A stretch of 64,000 bases of DNA from an uncultured Clostridium sp. (GCA_900551615.1 URWN01000003.1:2812-66811), one strand, 5' to 3'; counted from the first letter of the stretch, positions 1 to 11,284 are shown. Notes: generated by a model from the sequence alone, not told the origin. Translations and numbers: made by a program.

Positions 1-2
1 AA

Positions 3-983
3 GATATAGTTATAATAAAAGCAGATGGATTACCAACATATCACTTTGCACATGCAGTTGATGACCACTTAATGCATACAACACATGTAATAAGAGGGGA
101 TGAATGGTTATCATCAGTACCATTACATTTACAATTATTCCATGAATTAGGATTTAAAGCTCCTAAATATGCACATATTGCACCAATCATGAAAAATGAT
201 AATGGAAATAAAAGAAAATTAAGTAAAAGAAAAGATGCAGAGGCTGCTGTTAGTTATTATGCTGAAGAAGGTATTCCAGCAGAAGCTGTAAAAGAATATT
301 TAATGAATATTGCAAATTCTACATTTGAAAATTGGAGAAGAGCAAATCCAGATAAATCTATGGATGAGTTCCAATTACAATTAAATAAAATGAGTGTTAG
401 TGGTGCTTTATTTGATATGGTTAAATTATTAGATGTATCAAAAACAGTAATATCAAAAATGTCAGCAGAAGAAGTATATGAAAATGCTTTAAATTGGGCG
501 TCAAAATATGATCAAGAATTAGCTGAAATTTTAAAAGATAAAGAATACGCTTTAAAAGTTTTTGGAATAGAAAGAGGAAACAAAAAGCCAAGAAAAGATA
601 TATCAAAATGGTCAGATGTTAAAGAAAATGTTGAATATATGTATAATGAATTATTTGATAAAAACCAAGATGAATATCCATTCCAAGTAATAAATGATAA
701 AGAATCAATTAATAAGATATTAAAATTATATGTTGAAAAATATTACAATGAAAATGACGATAAACAAACTTGGTTTGACAAAATAAAAGAATTATCAGGT
801 GAAATGGGTTATGCTAAAGAAGTTAAAGAATTTAAAGCAAACCCAGGAATGTATGCAGCACACGTTGGTGATGTTAGTACAGTTTTAAGAGTAGCTTTAA
901 CAAAGAGAACTAATACACCAGATTTATATGAAATAATGCAAGTTTTAGGAAAAGATGAAATTGTAAGACGTTTTTCAAAATAA
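3..983 (+). CDS. gltX: Glutamate--tRNA ligase, C-terminal part (5' end upstream of window)
   Basis: Frame is open from the window edge. DGLPTYHFAHAVDDHLMHTTHVIRGDEWL block and KLSKR (KMSKS-type) loop are class I Glu-tRNA synthetase signatures. Listed ORF 72..983 is the in-frame tail. Confidence 0.85.
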   Translation, partial: DIVIIKADGLPTYHFAHAVDDHLMHTTHVIRGDEWLSSVPLHLQLFHELGFKAPKYAHIAPIMKNDNGNKRKLSKRKDAEAAVSYYAEEGIPAEAVKEYLMNIANSTFENWRRANPDKSMDEFQLQLNKMSVSGALFDMVKLLDVSKTVISKMSAEEVYENALNWASKYDQELAEILKDKEYALKVFGIERGNKKPRKDISKWSDVKENVEYMYNELFDKNQDEYPFQVINDKESINKILKLYVEKYYNENDDKQTWFDKIKELSGEMGYAKEVKEFKANPGMYAAHVGDVSTVLRVALTKRTNTPDLYEIMQVLGKDEIVRRFSK

Positions 984-1005
984 AGTTTGTACTGTATAGG
1001 GAGGA

Positions 1006-1203
1006 ATGAAAAACAAGATGGACTATAATATTGGTGATATTGTTAGAACGAAAAAACAACATCCTTGTGGGAGTAAGCTATGGGAGATAACTCGTGTAGG
1101 AGTCGATTTTAAGTTGAAATGCCAAGGTTGTGGACACATTGTGATGGTTCCAAGGGAAAAGGCTTTGAAAATGATAACTAAGAAAATAGAAAATAATCAA
1201 TAG
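1006..1203 (+). CDS. Small DUF951-like zinc-ribbon protein
   Basis: 65 aa with GDIV..KKxHPCGS...CxGCGH pattern. The start could instead be ATG 1018, because the GGAGG lies only about 2 nt before 1006. Confidence 0.55.
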   Translation: MKNKMDYNIGDIVRTKKQHPCGSKLWEITRVGVDFKLKCQGCGHIVMVPREKALKMITKKIENNQ

Positions 1204-1247
1204 ACTTAAATATGAGATGTAAAGAAATAAATTAGATATATTAAGAA

Positions 1248-1276
1248 AAAAGATGTCGAAAATTGACATCTTTTTA
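1248..1276 (+). terminator. Rho-independent terminator
   Basis: AAAGATGTC / GACATCTTT stem followed by a T-run, just after the 1006..1203 ORF. Confidence 0.6.
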
Positions 1277-1340
1277 TTATGCTTATCATAATATATAGTA
1301 TAGCACAATAAATAAAAGTGTTATGCAGGAGGTGACTTTT

Positions 1341-1610
1341 ATGGAGCCGCAAGAAGTATTTTGCTATGACAAAAAAGAAGATAAATGCAATAACAATAAA
1401 TGTTTTGGAATTATAACAGTAATATTAGCAATTGCTCTTGCATTTGTTGTTGGATTACTAGTTGGTGCAGCAGCAATATCGTCTGAAATATTAGCATCTT
1501 TTGGAGCAATAATTGTATTAGCTGTAGTACTTGCGTTACTTCTAGTTTTATCTATAATATTATTAATTTGTAATAGAAAAAAAGATAAAAAAAGAAAATG
1601 TTGTTGCTAA
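1341..1610 (+). CDS. Small hydrophobic membrane protein with Cys-rich ends (hypothetical)
   Basis: AGGAGG at 1327-1332 favours ATG 1341 over 1323. Two predicted TM helices and a C-terminal KKDKKRKCCC tail. Confidence 0.5.
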   Translation: MEPQEVFCYDKKEDKCNNNKCFGIITVILAIALAFVVGLLVGAAAISSEILASFGAIIVLAVVLALLLVLSIILLICNRKKDKKRKCCC

Positions 1611-1653
1611 AAAAACGGGATTTGGAGTATTGGCTCCTTAATCCCGCTTTTTT
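1611..1653. terminator. Bidirectional terminator between convergent genes
   Basis: CGGGATTTGGAG-loop-CTCCTTAATCCCG hairpin flanked by an A-run and a T-run. Confidence 0.7.
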
Positions 1654-2233
1654 AAATATATTTTTCAATTTCTTTCCAAACATCATCCATATAAATTTTT
1701 CTTTCAGAAGAAAATGGAAAAGTTGGAATATCTCCAATTGGATTTAAAGTTTTTTGCAATTTATTAGCGACATCTGAAACTTTAGTAACGGCAATTTTAT
1801 CAGCCTTATTTGCTAAAATTATGCAAGGTAAACCAGAGCGTATAACATAATCATACATAAGTTTATCATTTTCAGTAGGAGAGTGGCGAATATCTACTAA
1901 AAAGATAATCAAAGAAATTTGTTCTCTATTAAATAAATATTGTTCAATAAATTTACCAACTTGTTCTTGTTCTTTTTTAGACATTTTGCTGTAGCCGTAT
2001 CCAGGTAAATCAACAAAATAAAATTTTTCATCAATATTGTAGAAATTTATTTGTCTTGTTTTACCAGGTTCACTACTTGTTCTAGCAAGTTTTTTTCTGT
2101 TTATCATAGTGTTTATAAAACTTGATTTACCAACATTAGATTTACCAACCAAAACGATTTCAGGTAAATTATTTTTTGGATATTGAGCAGGTCTTACTGC
2201 AGATACTTCAAATTTTGGATTATTAACTATCAT
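1652..2233 (-). CDS. engB: Ribosome-biogenesis GTPase YsxC/EngB
   Basis: P-loop GKSNVGKSS, then ...ARTSSEPGKTRQINFY and DLPGYGY, NKADK G4 motif. Confidence 0.9.
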   Translation of the reverse strand: MIVNNPKFEVSAVRPAQYPKNNLPEIVLVGKSNVGKSSFINTMINRKKLARTSSEPGKTRQINFYNIDEKFYFVDLPGYGYSKMSKKEQEQVGKFIEQYLFNREQISLIIFLVDIRHSPTENDKLMYDYVIRSGLPCIILANKADKIAVTKVSDVANKLQKTLNPIGDIPTFPFSSERKIYMDDVWKEIEKYI

Positions 2234-2295
2234 TTTTCACTCCTTATTTTTTATAAAGTAGATGCTTTAATAAGAACAATTCTAAATGGATAAAG

Positions 2296-2324
2296 TGTCC
2301 AAAAAGAACCGTCCCTATTGGACA
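2296..2324 (+). repeat. REP-like palindromic repeat, subfamily A (1 mismatch)
   Basis: TGTCCAAAAAGAACCGTCCCTATTGGACA, lying between the serS stop and the engB start on the - strand operon. Confidence 0.85.
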
Positions 2325-3611
2325 TTATTTTTTAGGAAGAATTTTTTCAGTTCCACCCATATAAGGTCTTAAAACCTCTGGAACAGTAACACTTCCATCT
2401 TCATTGTAATTGTTCTCTAATACAGCGATTAGTCCTCTTGGTGTTGCAACGACTGTATTGTTTAATGTATGTAAGAAGTAATTTCCTTTTTCACTTTTTA
2501 CACGAATTCCTAAACGTCTAGCTTGAGCATCTCCTAAGTTAGAACAACTACAAACTTCAAAGTATTTCTTTTGTCTTGGGCTCCATGCTTCTATATCACA
2601 AGATTTTACTTTTAAATCTGCTAAGTCACCAGAGCAGCAGTCAAGTTGTCTTACAGGGACATTAAAGCTTCTGAATAAGTCAACACTTAATTTCCACATT
2701 TTATTGTACCAAGTCATAGAATCTTCAGGTTCGCATAAAACTATCATTTCTTGTTTTTCAAATTGATGAACACGGTATAGACCTCTTTCTTCCAAACCAT
2801 GTGAACCAATTTCTTTTCTAAAACATGGAGAGTAAGATGTCATGCTAATTGGAAGTTCTTCTTTTTTTATTAATTGGTCTTTAAATCTACCAATCATAGA
2901 ATGTTCAGAAGTTCCGATTAAATATAAATCTTCACCTTCAATTTTGTACATCATATCATACATTTCTTCAAAACTCATAACACCAGTTACAACATCACTA
3001 CGAATCATAAATGGTGGTATAGCATATGTAAAGCCATTATTGATCATGTAGTCTCTAGCGTATGCAAGCATTGCTTCATGAAGTCTTGCAACATCACCAA
3101 TTAAATAATAGAAACCTACACCACTTGTACGTCCAGCAGATTCTTTATCCATTCCGTTAAATCTTGCAATAATATCTGCATGATATGGAATTTCGTAATC
3201 TGGAACAACTGGTTCACCAAATCTTTGAACTTCTACATTTTCACTGTCATCTTTACCGATTGGAACAGAAGGGTCCATGATATTTGGTATTTTCATCATT
3301 CTTGATTTTATTTCTTCTGCATATTTTGCTTCTAATTTTTCGTTTTCTTCAAGTTTTGCATTTATTTCTTGAACTTTTACTTTTATGCTTTCAGCTTCTT
3401 CTTTTTTGCCTTGTTTCATAAGTCCACCAATTTCGGCACTTAAAGATTTTCTTTCTGCTCTTAAGTTATCTCCATTTAATTTTGCTTCTCTGTTTTTTAC
3501 ATCTAAATCGATGACTTCATCAACTAATACTAATTTTTCGTCTTGAAATTTGTTCTTGATGTTTTGTTTAACAACATCTGGATTTTCTCTTAAAAATTTG
3601 ATATCTATCAT
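2325..3611 (-). CDS. serS: Serine--tRNA ligase
   Basis: 428 aa. N-terminal coiled-coil arm (MIDIKFLRENP...) and class II core motifs (e.g. GLYRVHQFEK..., TLNNTVVATPR). Confidence 0.92.
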   Translation of the reverse strand: MIDIKFLRENPDVVKQNIKNKFQDEKLVLVDEVIDLDVKNREAKLNGDNLRAERKSLSAEIGGLMKQGKKEEAESIKVKVQEINAKLEENEKLEAKYAEEIKSRMMKIPNIMDPSVPIGKDDSENVEVQRFGEPVVPDYEIPYHADIIARFNGMDKESAGRTSGVGFYYLIGDVARLHEAMLAYARDYMINNGFTYAIPPFMIRSDVVTGVMSFEEMYDMMYKIEGEDLYLIGTSEHSMIGRFKDQLIKKEELPISMTSYSPCFRKEIGSHGLEERGLYRVHQFEKQEMIVLCEPEDSMTWYNKMWKLSVDLFRSFNVPVRQLDCCSGDLADLKVKSCDIEAWSPRQKKYFEVCSCSNLGDAQARRLGIRVKSEKGNYFLHTLNNTVVATPRGLIAVLENNYNEDGSVTVPEVLRPYMGGTEKILPKK

Positions 3612-3866
3612 TTTTTTCCTCCTAGAAATTTATAAAAATAGAAAGTATATTTCTATTTAAATTATCTTAATAAATTATGAAACTATTATATACTAAATTT
3701 ATGGAAATATCAAGGAAAATTGGTATAAAAAAAGAAACAGAAGTGAAATAAGGCTAAAAATAATTTGTTAATTTATACCATTTTTTTATGGATTTGTAAA
3801 TAGAATAAAATTCAAAAAAAAGGTAAAAATATAAATTAAGGAAAATGGTAAAAGGAGCAATAGCAG

Positions 3867-4712
3867 ATGATTGTAGAAATAATAAAATTTATATTATATT
3901 CAGGATTAATCGTATTAATTTCTAAATATATATTAGTTTCAACATTAAGAAAGCTAGCAGAAGCATTAAATTTAAAAGCGAAAACAGTAGGGGATATAGC
4001 AGGATATGCAACTTCAGTACCTGAATTATTAACAATAACAACATCAAGCTTAAGAGGATTAACAGGAGCAAGTGTATATAATATTTTAAGCTCAAATGTT
4101 ATAAATTTAATTCAATATTTAGGTGCTATTGTGTTAAATAAAAATACTTCAAAGTTACGTAATAGAGCTATAATAACTGATTTAGTATTAGTATTTTTTA
4201 CAATTGCAATTCCAATTGCTTTTTTAAAGCTTAATATAGAATTAAAATTAGCAGTAGTTCCATTATTTGTTATTTTGTATATTCTTTTTAGAGTTTTAAA
4301 TAATCATGTTCATAAATTATATTTAAAAAATGAAGATGCGGAAATCGCAGAAGAAATAGAAGAGGAAAGAGAAGAACAAAAGAAAAATACTAAAAAAGTG
4401 TTGATATATGCTGTTGTTTTAATTGTAACAGGAATTTTATTATTTGTTATTGGTGAATTATTGGGTAATACTCTTGAGAATTTGTGTAATTTATTTGGAG
4501 TTTCAGAAGTTATTGTTGGAATTTTATTAGGATTTGTTACAAGTTTGCCTGAATTGATAACTTTTTTTGAGGCTCAAAGACATTATAAAAAGGTTGATGA
4601 CGATATGCTTGGTGTTGTTGAAGCTACTAATAATTTGCTGACTTCAAATATCTTAAATTTGTTTTTAATACAAACAATTGGAATTTTAATATTAAGTTTA
4701 GTTAAAGCCTAG
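3867..4712 (+). CDS. CaCA-family (YrbG-like) cation/Ca2+ exchanger
   Basis: Polytopic protein with two internal alpha-repeat motifs, GYATSVPELL and GFVTSLPELI, separated by an acidic loop. Confidence 0.6.
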   Translation: MIVEIIKFILYSGLIVLISKYILVSTLRKLAEALNLKAKTVGDIAGYATSVPELLTITTSSLRGLTGASVYNILSSNVINLIQYLGAIVLNKNTSKLRNRAIITDLVLVFFTIAIPIAFLKLNIELKLAVVPLFVILYILFRVLNNHVHKLYLKNEDAEIAEEIEEEREEQKKNTKKVLIYAVVLIVTGILLFVIGELLGNTLENLCNLFGVSEVIVGILLGFVTSLPELITFFEAQRHYKKVDDDMLGVVEATNNLLTSNILNLFLIQTIGILILSLVKA

Positions 4713-4743
4713 GAAGGCTTTATATTTTTTTGCATAGTTAATG

Positions 4744-4761
4744 TTCACAAAAAATTCACAA
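4744..4761 (+). repeat. Two TTCACAA motifs phased 11 bp apart upstream of the hrcA promoter
   Basis: TTCACAAaaaaTTCACAA. This is the reverse complement of the TGTGAA pair upstream of groES. Confidence 0.5.
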
Positions 4762-4766
4762 TTTTT

Positions 4767-4793
4767 TTAGCAAAATGTATTGACAAGTGCTAA
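4767..4793 (+). promoter_or_regulatory. CIRCE-like operator 1 (degenerate), overlapping the -35
   Basis: TTAGCAAAA-N9-AAGTGCTAA compared with consensus TTAGCACTC-N9-GAGTGCTAA. Confidence 0.6.
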
Positions 4794-4808
4794 AAAAGGA
4801 TATAATAT
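4780..4808 (+). promoter_or_regulatory. SigA-type promoter of the hrcA operon
   Basis: TTGACA (4780-4785). The -10 is either TATAAT at 4801 (15-bp spacer) or TAATAT at 4803 (17-bp spacer). Confidence 0.65.
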
Positions 4809-4817
4809 ATAGAAAGA

Positions 4818-4844
4818 TTAGCAAACAAACAAAAAGAGTGCTAA
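4818..4844 (+). promoter_or_regulatory. CIRCE operator 2 (HrcA binding site)
   Basis: TTAGCAAAC-AAACAAAAA-GAGTGCTAA, between the -10 and the RBS of hrcA. Confidence 0.85.
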
Positions 4845-4857
4845 AAGAGGTGAGAAA

Positions 4858-5868
4858 ATGCTAGATGATAGAAAAAAGAAAGTATTACAAGCCATAGTAG
4901 AAGAATATATAAACACAGCAGAGCCAGTAAGCTCAAATGCACTAACCAACAACGAAGAATTACAATACAGCAGTGCAACAATAAGAAACGAAATGGCGGA
5001 CCTTGAAAAAGCAGGATATCTAGAAAAAACACATACATCAAGTGGAAGAATACCATCAGAAAAAGGATATCGATACTATGTAGACGAATTATTAAAAGAC
5101 GACAACATAAGTATGGAAGAAATTAAATATATAAGTGACAAATTAGAAACAAAAGTAAATGAAATAGAAGACTTAACCAAAATTGCAACAACAACAATTT
5201 CAGAAATAACACATTATACAACATTAGCAATTGGCCCAAGTTCACAAGATTTGCTAATTGAAGAAATAAAATTTGTTTTACTAGGGCCAAGAATGTTAAT
5301 GGCAATTATATTGACAAATACGGGAATGGTAAAAGAAACAATAATAAAATTTGATGAAGACATAACAGATAAACAGGTAGAAACAATAAATTATATGTTC
5401 AATCAAAAATTAAAAGGCCAACCACTTCAAATAATAGATGTTCCATTAGAAGAATATCTAATAAATGAAATGAAATATAGTGTAAAAGTTATAAAACCAA
5501 TAATAGAACAAATAAAAAAAGTTATTTCAGAAGATAGGCAAGTATATCTAGAAGGAGCAAATAAATCATTTGATTTACCGGAATTTAATAGCTTAGCTGT
5601 TGCTAAAAACTTTGTAAATATAATTGATGAAAAAGATTTAATGACAGATATATTAAATTCAGGATTTGCAAAAGATATTAATGTTTATATTGGCGATGAA
5701 AATGAAAAAGAAGAACTTAAAGATTTTAGTGTTATAACTTTTAAGCATAAAGTTGGAGACAAAGATATGGGAACAATAGGAATTATAGGACCTAAAAGAA
5801 TGGACTATTCAAAAGTTATTTCAGTTATGAAATATATAAACAAAAAATTAAAAGATAAAGGAATATAA
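4858..5868 (+). CDS. hrcA: Heat-inducible transcription repressor HrcA
   Basis: N-terminal winged-helix block (RKKKVLQAIVEEYINTAEPVSS..., SSATIRNEMADLE), position ahead of grpE-dnaK, and a CIRCE upstream. Confidence 0.9.
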   Translation: MLDDRKKKVLQAIVEEYINTAEPVSSNALTNNEELQYSSATIRNEMADLEKAGYLEKTHTSSGRIPSEKGYRYYVDELLKDDNISMEEIKYISDKLETKVNEIEDLTKIATTTISEITHYTTLAIGPSSQDLLIEEIKFVLLGPRMLMAIILTNTGMVKETIIKFDEDITDKQVETINYMFNQKLKGQPLQIIDVPLEEYLINEMKYSVKVIKPIIEQIKKVISEDRQVYLEGANKSFDLPEFNSLAVAKNFVNIIDEKDLMTDILNSGFAKDINVYIGDENEKEELKDFSVITFKHKVGDKDMGTIGIIGPKRMDYSKVISVMKYINKKLKDKGI

Positions 5869-5909
5869 AATCTTTTAAAGATTAAAATAAAAAAGAAAGA
5901 GGCGATAAG

Positions 5910-6416
5910 ATGTCAGAAAAAAATGAAAATGTTGAACAAGAAGTAACAGAAGAAATAAAAAAAATAAATGAAGAAAAAAGTGAATTACAAAAAAAACAGC
6001 AAGAATTAGATGATTTGACAGATAGATATAAAAGAATTTTAGCTGAATTTGAAAATCATAAAAAAAGAAGCCAAAAAGAAAGAGAAGGAATGTATAATTC
6101 AATTTTAGGTGATGTTGTAGAAGTTATGCTTCCAATATTAGATAATCTAGAAAATGCGGCAAAAGTTGAAACTCAAGATGAAAATTATAAAAAAGGTGTT
6201 GAACTTGTTTTAAAACAATTTCAAGATGTACTTAAAGCTAAAGGCGTAGAAGAAATAAAGGCTCTTGGTGAGACTTTTGATCCAGAATTACATGAAGCTG
6301 TTAGTAGCGTTCAAGATGATTCTAAAGGAGAAAAAGAAATTGTTCAAGAGTATAGAAAAGGTTACAGGATAGGACATAGAGTTATTAGACATTCTATGGT
6401 AGTTGTAGCTAATTAA
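5910..6416 (+). CDS. grpE: Nucleotide exchange factor GrpE
   Basis: DRYKRILAEFENHKKR and a C-terminal GYRIGHRVIRHSMV motif. Located in the dnaK operon. Confidence 0.92.
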   Translation: MSEKNENVEQEVTEEIKKINEEKSELQKKQQELDDLTDRYKRILAEFENHKKRSQKEREGMYNSILGDVVEVMLPILDNLENAAKVETQDENYKKGVELVLKQFQDVLKAKGVEEIKALGETFDPELHEAVSSVQDDSKGEKEIVQEYRKGYRIGHRVIRHSMVVVAN

Positions 6417-6437
6417 TTAGTTATTAATTTAAAAAAA

Positions 6438-6468
6438 GTTGTCAAAAGGGACGGGAAATTTTGACAAC
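6438..6468 (-). repeat. REP-like palindromic repeat, subfamily B
   Basis: GTTGTCAAAAGGGACGGGAAATTTTGACAAC in the grpE-dnaK spacer. Confidence 0.85.
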
Positions 6469-6488
6469 TAAAAATATAAAAATAAAAA

Positions 6489-6518
6489 GTTGTCAAAAAC
6501 CCCCGTCCCTTTTGACAA
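6489..6518 (+). repeat. REP-like palindromic repeat, subfamily B, inverted partner of 6438..6468
   Basis: GTTGTCAAAAACCCCCGTCCCTTTTGACAA, 20 bp from its partner. Confidence 0.85.
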
Positions 6519-6526
6519 GAATTTAG

Positions 6527-8858
<2,332 letters not shown>

Positions 8859-8878
8859 TTTTAAGAAGGATAAGGAAA

Positions 8879-10039
8879 ATGGCTGAAAAAAAAGATTATT
8901 ATGAAGTTTTAGGTGTTAATAAAAATGCCACTGAGGATGAGCTAAAAAAAGCTTATAGAAAAATGGCTAAAAAATATCATCCTGATGCAAACCCGGATAA
9001 TAAAGAAGAAGCAGAGAAAAAATTTAAAGAAGTTAATGAAGCATATGAGACACTTTCTAATCCTCAAAAAAGAAGAATGTATGACCAATTTGGAACAGCC
9101 GACCCACAAGGTTTTGGAGGGGCCGGCGGACCATTTGGAGGTGGAAGTTATACATATTCTACTTCTGGATTTGATGGTTTTGGTGACTTTGGAGATTTAG
9201 GGGATATATTCTCATCATTTTTTGGTGGTGGTTTTGGAGGCAGACAATCTGCTAGAAAAAACAATGGACCAAGAAAAGGCGCAGACTTAAACTTAAATAT
9301 GGACATTACATTTGAAGAGGCTTTTTTAGGTGTTGAAAAAGAAGTTGTAATAACAAGAAATGAAACTTGTGAACATTGCCATGGAACAGGTGCAAAGCCT
9401 GGAACAAATCCAATAAAATGTCCGGATTGTCATGGAACAGGTCAAGTAACACAAGTTCAAAATACAATTTTAGGTCAAGTTCAAACAACTAGAACTTGTG
9501 GTAAATGTCATGGTACAGGAGAAGTTATTACAGAAGTTTGTGAAAACTGTAAAGGCAAAGGAACAATAAGAAAACAACCAAAAATAAAAGTTAAAATTCC
9601 AGCGGGAATTGACGATAATCAAACTGTAGTATTAAGAGGAGAGGGAGAACCTGGAGTAAAAGGTGGGCCTAAAGGTGATTTATATATTACATTAAGAATA
9701 AAAAAACATAGTATATTTACTAGAAAAGGTAATAATGTTTTATGTGATATTCCAATTACTATGACTCAAGCAGCATTAGGAGCTGAACTTGAAATACCAA
9801 TGGTTGATGGTAGTAAAGAAAAATATAAAATTCCAGAAGGTACTCAAACAGGTACTAAATTCACAATTAGAAATAAGGGATTTAAGTATGTAAATTCAAC
9901 ATCAGTGGGAGATTTTGTATTTACGGTACAAGTTCAAACTCCAAAAAGATTAACTAAAGAGCAAAGAGAATTACTTACTCAATTAGCTAAAACTATGAAT
10001 GAACAACCACCTGTTAAGAAAAAAGGAATTTTTGGATAG
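8879..10039 (+). CDS. dnaJ: Co-chaperone DnaJ
   Basis: J domain with HPD (KKYHPDAN), a G/F-rich linker and four CxxCxGxG zinc-finger repeats. Confidence 0.96.
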   Translation: MAEKKDYYEVLGVNKNATEDELKKAYRKMAKKYHPDANPDNKEEAEKKFKEVNEAYETLSNPQKRRMYDQFGTADPQGFGGAGGPFGGGSYTYSTSGFDGFGDFGDLGDIFSSFFGGGFGGRQSARKNNGPRKGADLNLNMDITFEEAFLGVEKEVVITRNETCEHCHGTGAKPGTNPIKCPDCHGTGQVTQVQNTILGQVQTTRTCGKCHGTGEVITEVCENCKGKGTIRKQPKIKVKIPAGIDDNQTVVLRGEGEPGVKGGPKGDLYITLRIKKHSIFTRKGNNVLCDIPITMTQAALGAELEIPMVDGSKEKYKIPEGTQTGTKFTIRNKGFKYVNSTSVGDFVFTVQVQTPKRLTKEQRELLTQLAKTMNEQPPVKKKGIFG

Positions 10040-10073
10040 AAATATATAGTAAAAATAAAATTTATATAATTTG

Positions 10074-10117
10074 AAAAAGTTGTTTAAAGTTATGATACTT
10101 GGGACAACTTTTTTTGT
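10074..10117 (+). terminator. Terminator of the dnaK operon
   Basis: AAAAAGTTGT ... ACAACTTTTT stem with a T-run. Confidence 0.6.
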
Positions 10118-10124
10118 ATTTTAC

Positions 10125-10153
10125 TAGACAGAAAAACAAATAAAATGTATAAT
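10125..10153 (+). promoter_or_regulatory. Putative SigA promoter of the glycan cluster
   Basis: TAGACA, a 17-bp spacer, then TATAAT preceded by TG. Confidence 0.45.
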
Positions 10154-10193
10154 ATACAAAGAAAAAACAGAAATTTTAGAGGAGCAAATAAAA

Positions 10194-10664
10194 ATGAAAA
10201 AAGTACTATTTATATCAAGTACAGGAGGACACTTAAACGAACTTTTGCAACTATCTCCTTTATTTGAAAAATACGATTATCATATAATAACAGAAAAAGA
10301 CAAAGCAAACGAAAATCTAAAAAAACAATATGGAAAAAAAATAGATTTTTTGCCATATGGAACAAGAGCAAAACTATTTACATATATATTTAAATATTTT
10401 TATCTATGTTTAAAAACAATATATTTTTATTTTAAATTAAGACCAAATGTAATAGTAACAACAGGAACACATACAGCAGGACCAATGTGTTATTTAGGAA
10501 AAATATTCGGAAGTAAAATAATATATATAGAAACATTTGCAAACAAAAACAAAAAAACTGCTACAGGAAGACTAATATATCCGATAGCAGATTTGTTTAT
10601 AGTACAATGGAAAGAAATGTTAAAATTATACCCAAAAGCAACATATGGGGGATCAATTTATTAA
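10194..10664 (+). CDS. Alg14-like / Cps14F(PssD)-family glycosyltransferase membrane subunit
   Basis: MKKVLFISSTGGHLNELLQL N-terminus typical of Cps14F/PssD/Alg14-type proteins. About 155 aa. Confidence 0.65.
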   Translation: MKKVLFISSTGGHLNELLQLSPLFEKYDYHIITEKDKANENLKKQYGKKIDFLPYGTRAKLFTYIFKYFYLCLKTIYFYFKLRPNVIVTTGTHTAGPMCYLGKIFGSKIIYIETFANKNKKTATGRLIYPIADLFIVQWKEMLKLYPKATYGGSIY

Positions 10665-10684
10665 AATAAGAAATAAAAGACATC

Positions 10685-10724
10685 TGTCCCTAATGGGACA
10701 ATTTTGTCCCATCAGAACCGTCAC
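10685..10724 (+). repeat. Two degenerate REP-like fragments
   Basis: TGTCCCTAATGGGACA palindrome, then TGTCCCATCAGAACCGTCAC (the left half of the subfamily A element). Confidence 0.55.
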
Positions 10725-10757
10725 AACTGGTTTTACTGGCACAAAAAATGGCAAAAA

Positions 10758-10786
10758 TGACCAAAAAGAACCGTCCCTTTTGGACA
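10758..10786 (+). repeat. REP-like palindromic repeat, subfamily A (1 mismatch)
   Basis: TGACCAAAAAGAACCGTCCCTTTTGGACA, ending 11 nt before the ATG at 10798. Confidence 0.85.
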
Positions 10787-10797
10787 AGGAGGAAATA

Positions 10798-11277
10798 ATG
10801 ATATTAGTATTATTAGGAACGCAAAATAATAGTTTTCACAGGCTTTTAGAAGAAGTGGAAAAAAATATAAAGGATAAAACAATAAATGAAGAAGTAATTG
10901 TACAGGCAGGTTATACAAAATATCAATCTGACAAAATGAAGATAATTGATTTGATGTCAAAAGAACAGTTATCAAAATTTCAAGATGAAGCTAGTTTAAT
11001 AATAACACATGGAGGAGTTGGCTCAATAGTTTCATCTATTGAAAAAGGTAAAAAAGTTATAGCTGTACCAAGAAAGCATGAATATGGAGAACATGTAAAT
11101 AATCATCAAGAAGAGATTGTTAAAGATTTTAATAGTAAAGGATATATAATAGGAATAGAAAATGTAGAGGATTTAAAACAAGCAATAATAAAAGTAAAAG
11201 ATTTTAAACCCAAAAAGTATAAACCAAATAATCAAAAAATGTTAGAAATATTAGAAAATTTTATTGAAAATATATAA
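10798..11277 (+). CDS. Alg13-like / Cps14G(PssE)-family glycosyltransferase catalytic subunit
   Basis: MILVLLGTQNNSFHRLLEEV... and ITHGGVGSI motif (GT28 C-terminal domain type). GGAGG precedes 10798. The listed ORF start 10645 reads through the repeats. Confidence 0.65.
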   Translation: MILVLLGTQNNSFHRLLEEVEKNIKDKTINEEVIVQAGYTKYQSDKMKIIDLMSKEQLSKFQDEASLIITHGGVGSIVSSIEKGKKVIAVPRKHEYGEHVNNHQEEIVKDFNSKGYIIGIENVEDLKQAIIKVKDFKPKKYKPNNQKMLEILENFIENI

Positions 11278-11284
11278 AAGGTTT

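Noticed and set aside
3612-3866. An expected T-box leader upstream of serS, and the inverted repeat TGGTATAAA...TTTATACCA with a T-run.
   Set aside because: I saw no T-box consensus (no AGGGTGGNACCGCG-like block) and no specifier or antiterminator architecture on the - strand. The AT-rich inverted repeat has a loop of about 43 nt and may be chance. I left it unannotated.
10645-10797. N-terminal extension of listed ORF 10645..11277, and the recurring peptide KEPSLLDK / MSK(K/R)..(P/S)FW(T) seen in several listed ORFs (26806..26988, 26921..27145, 39161..39574, 43602..43922, 34577..35053).
   Set aside because: These peptides are simply the palindromic repeat read in different frames and strands. 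A good RBS plus ATG at 10798 gives the canonical Alg13-like N-terminus.
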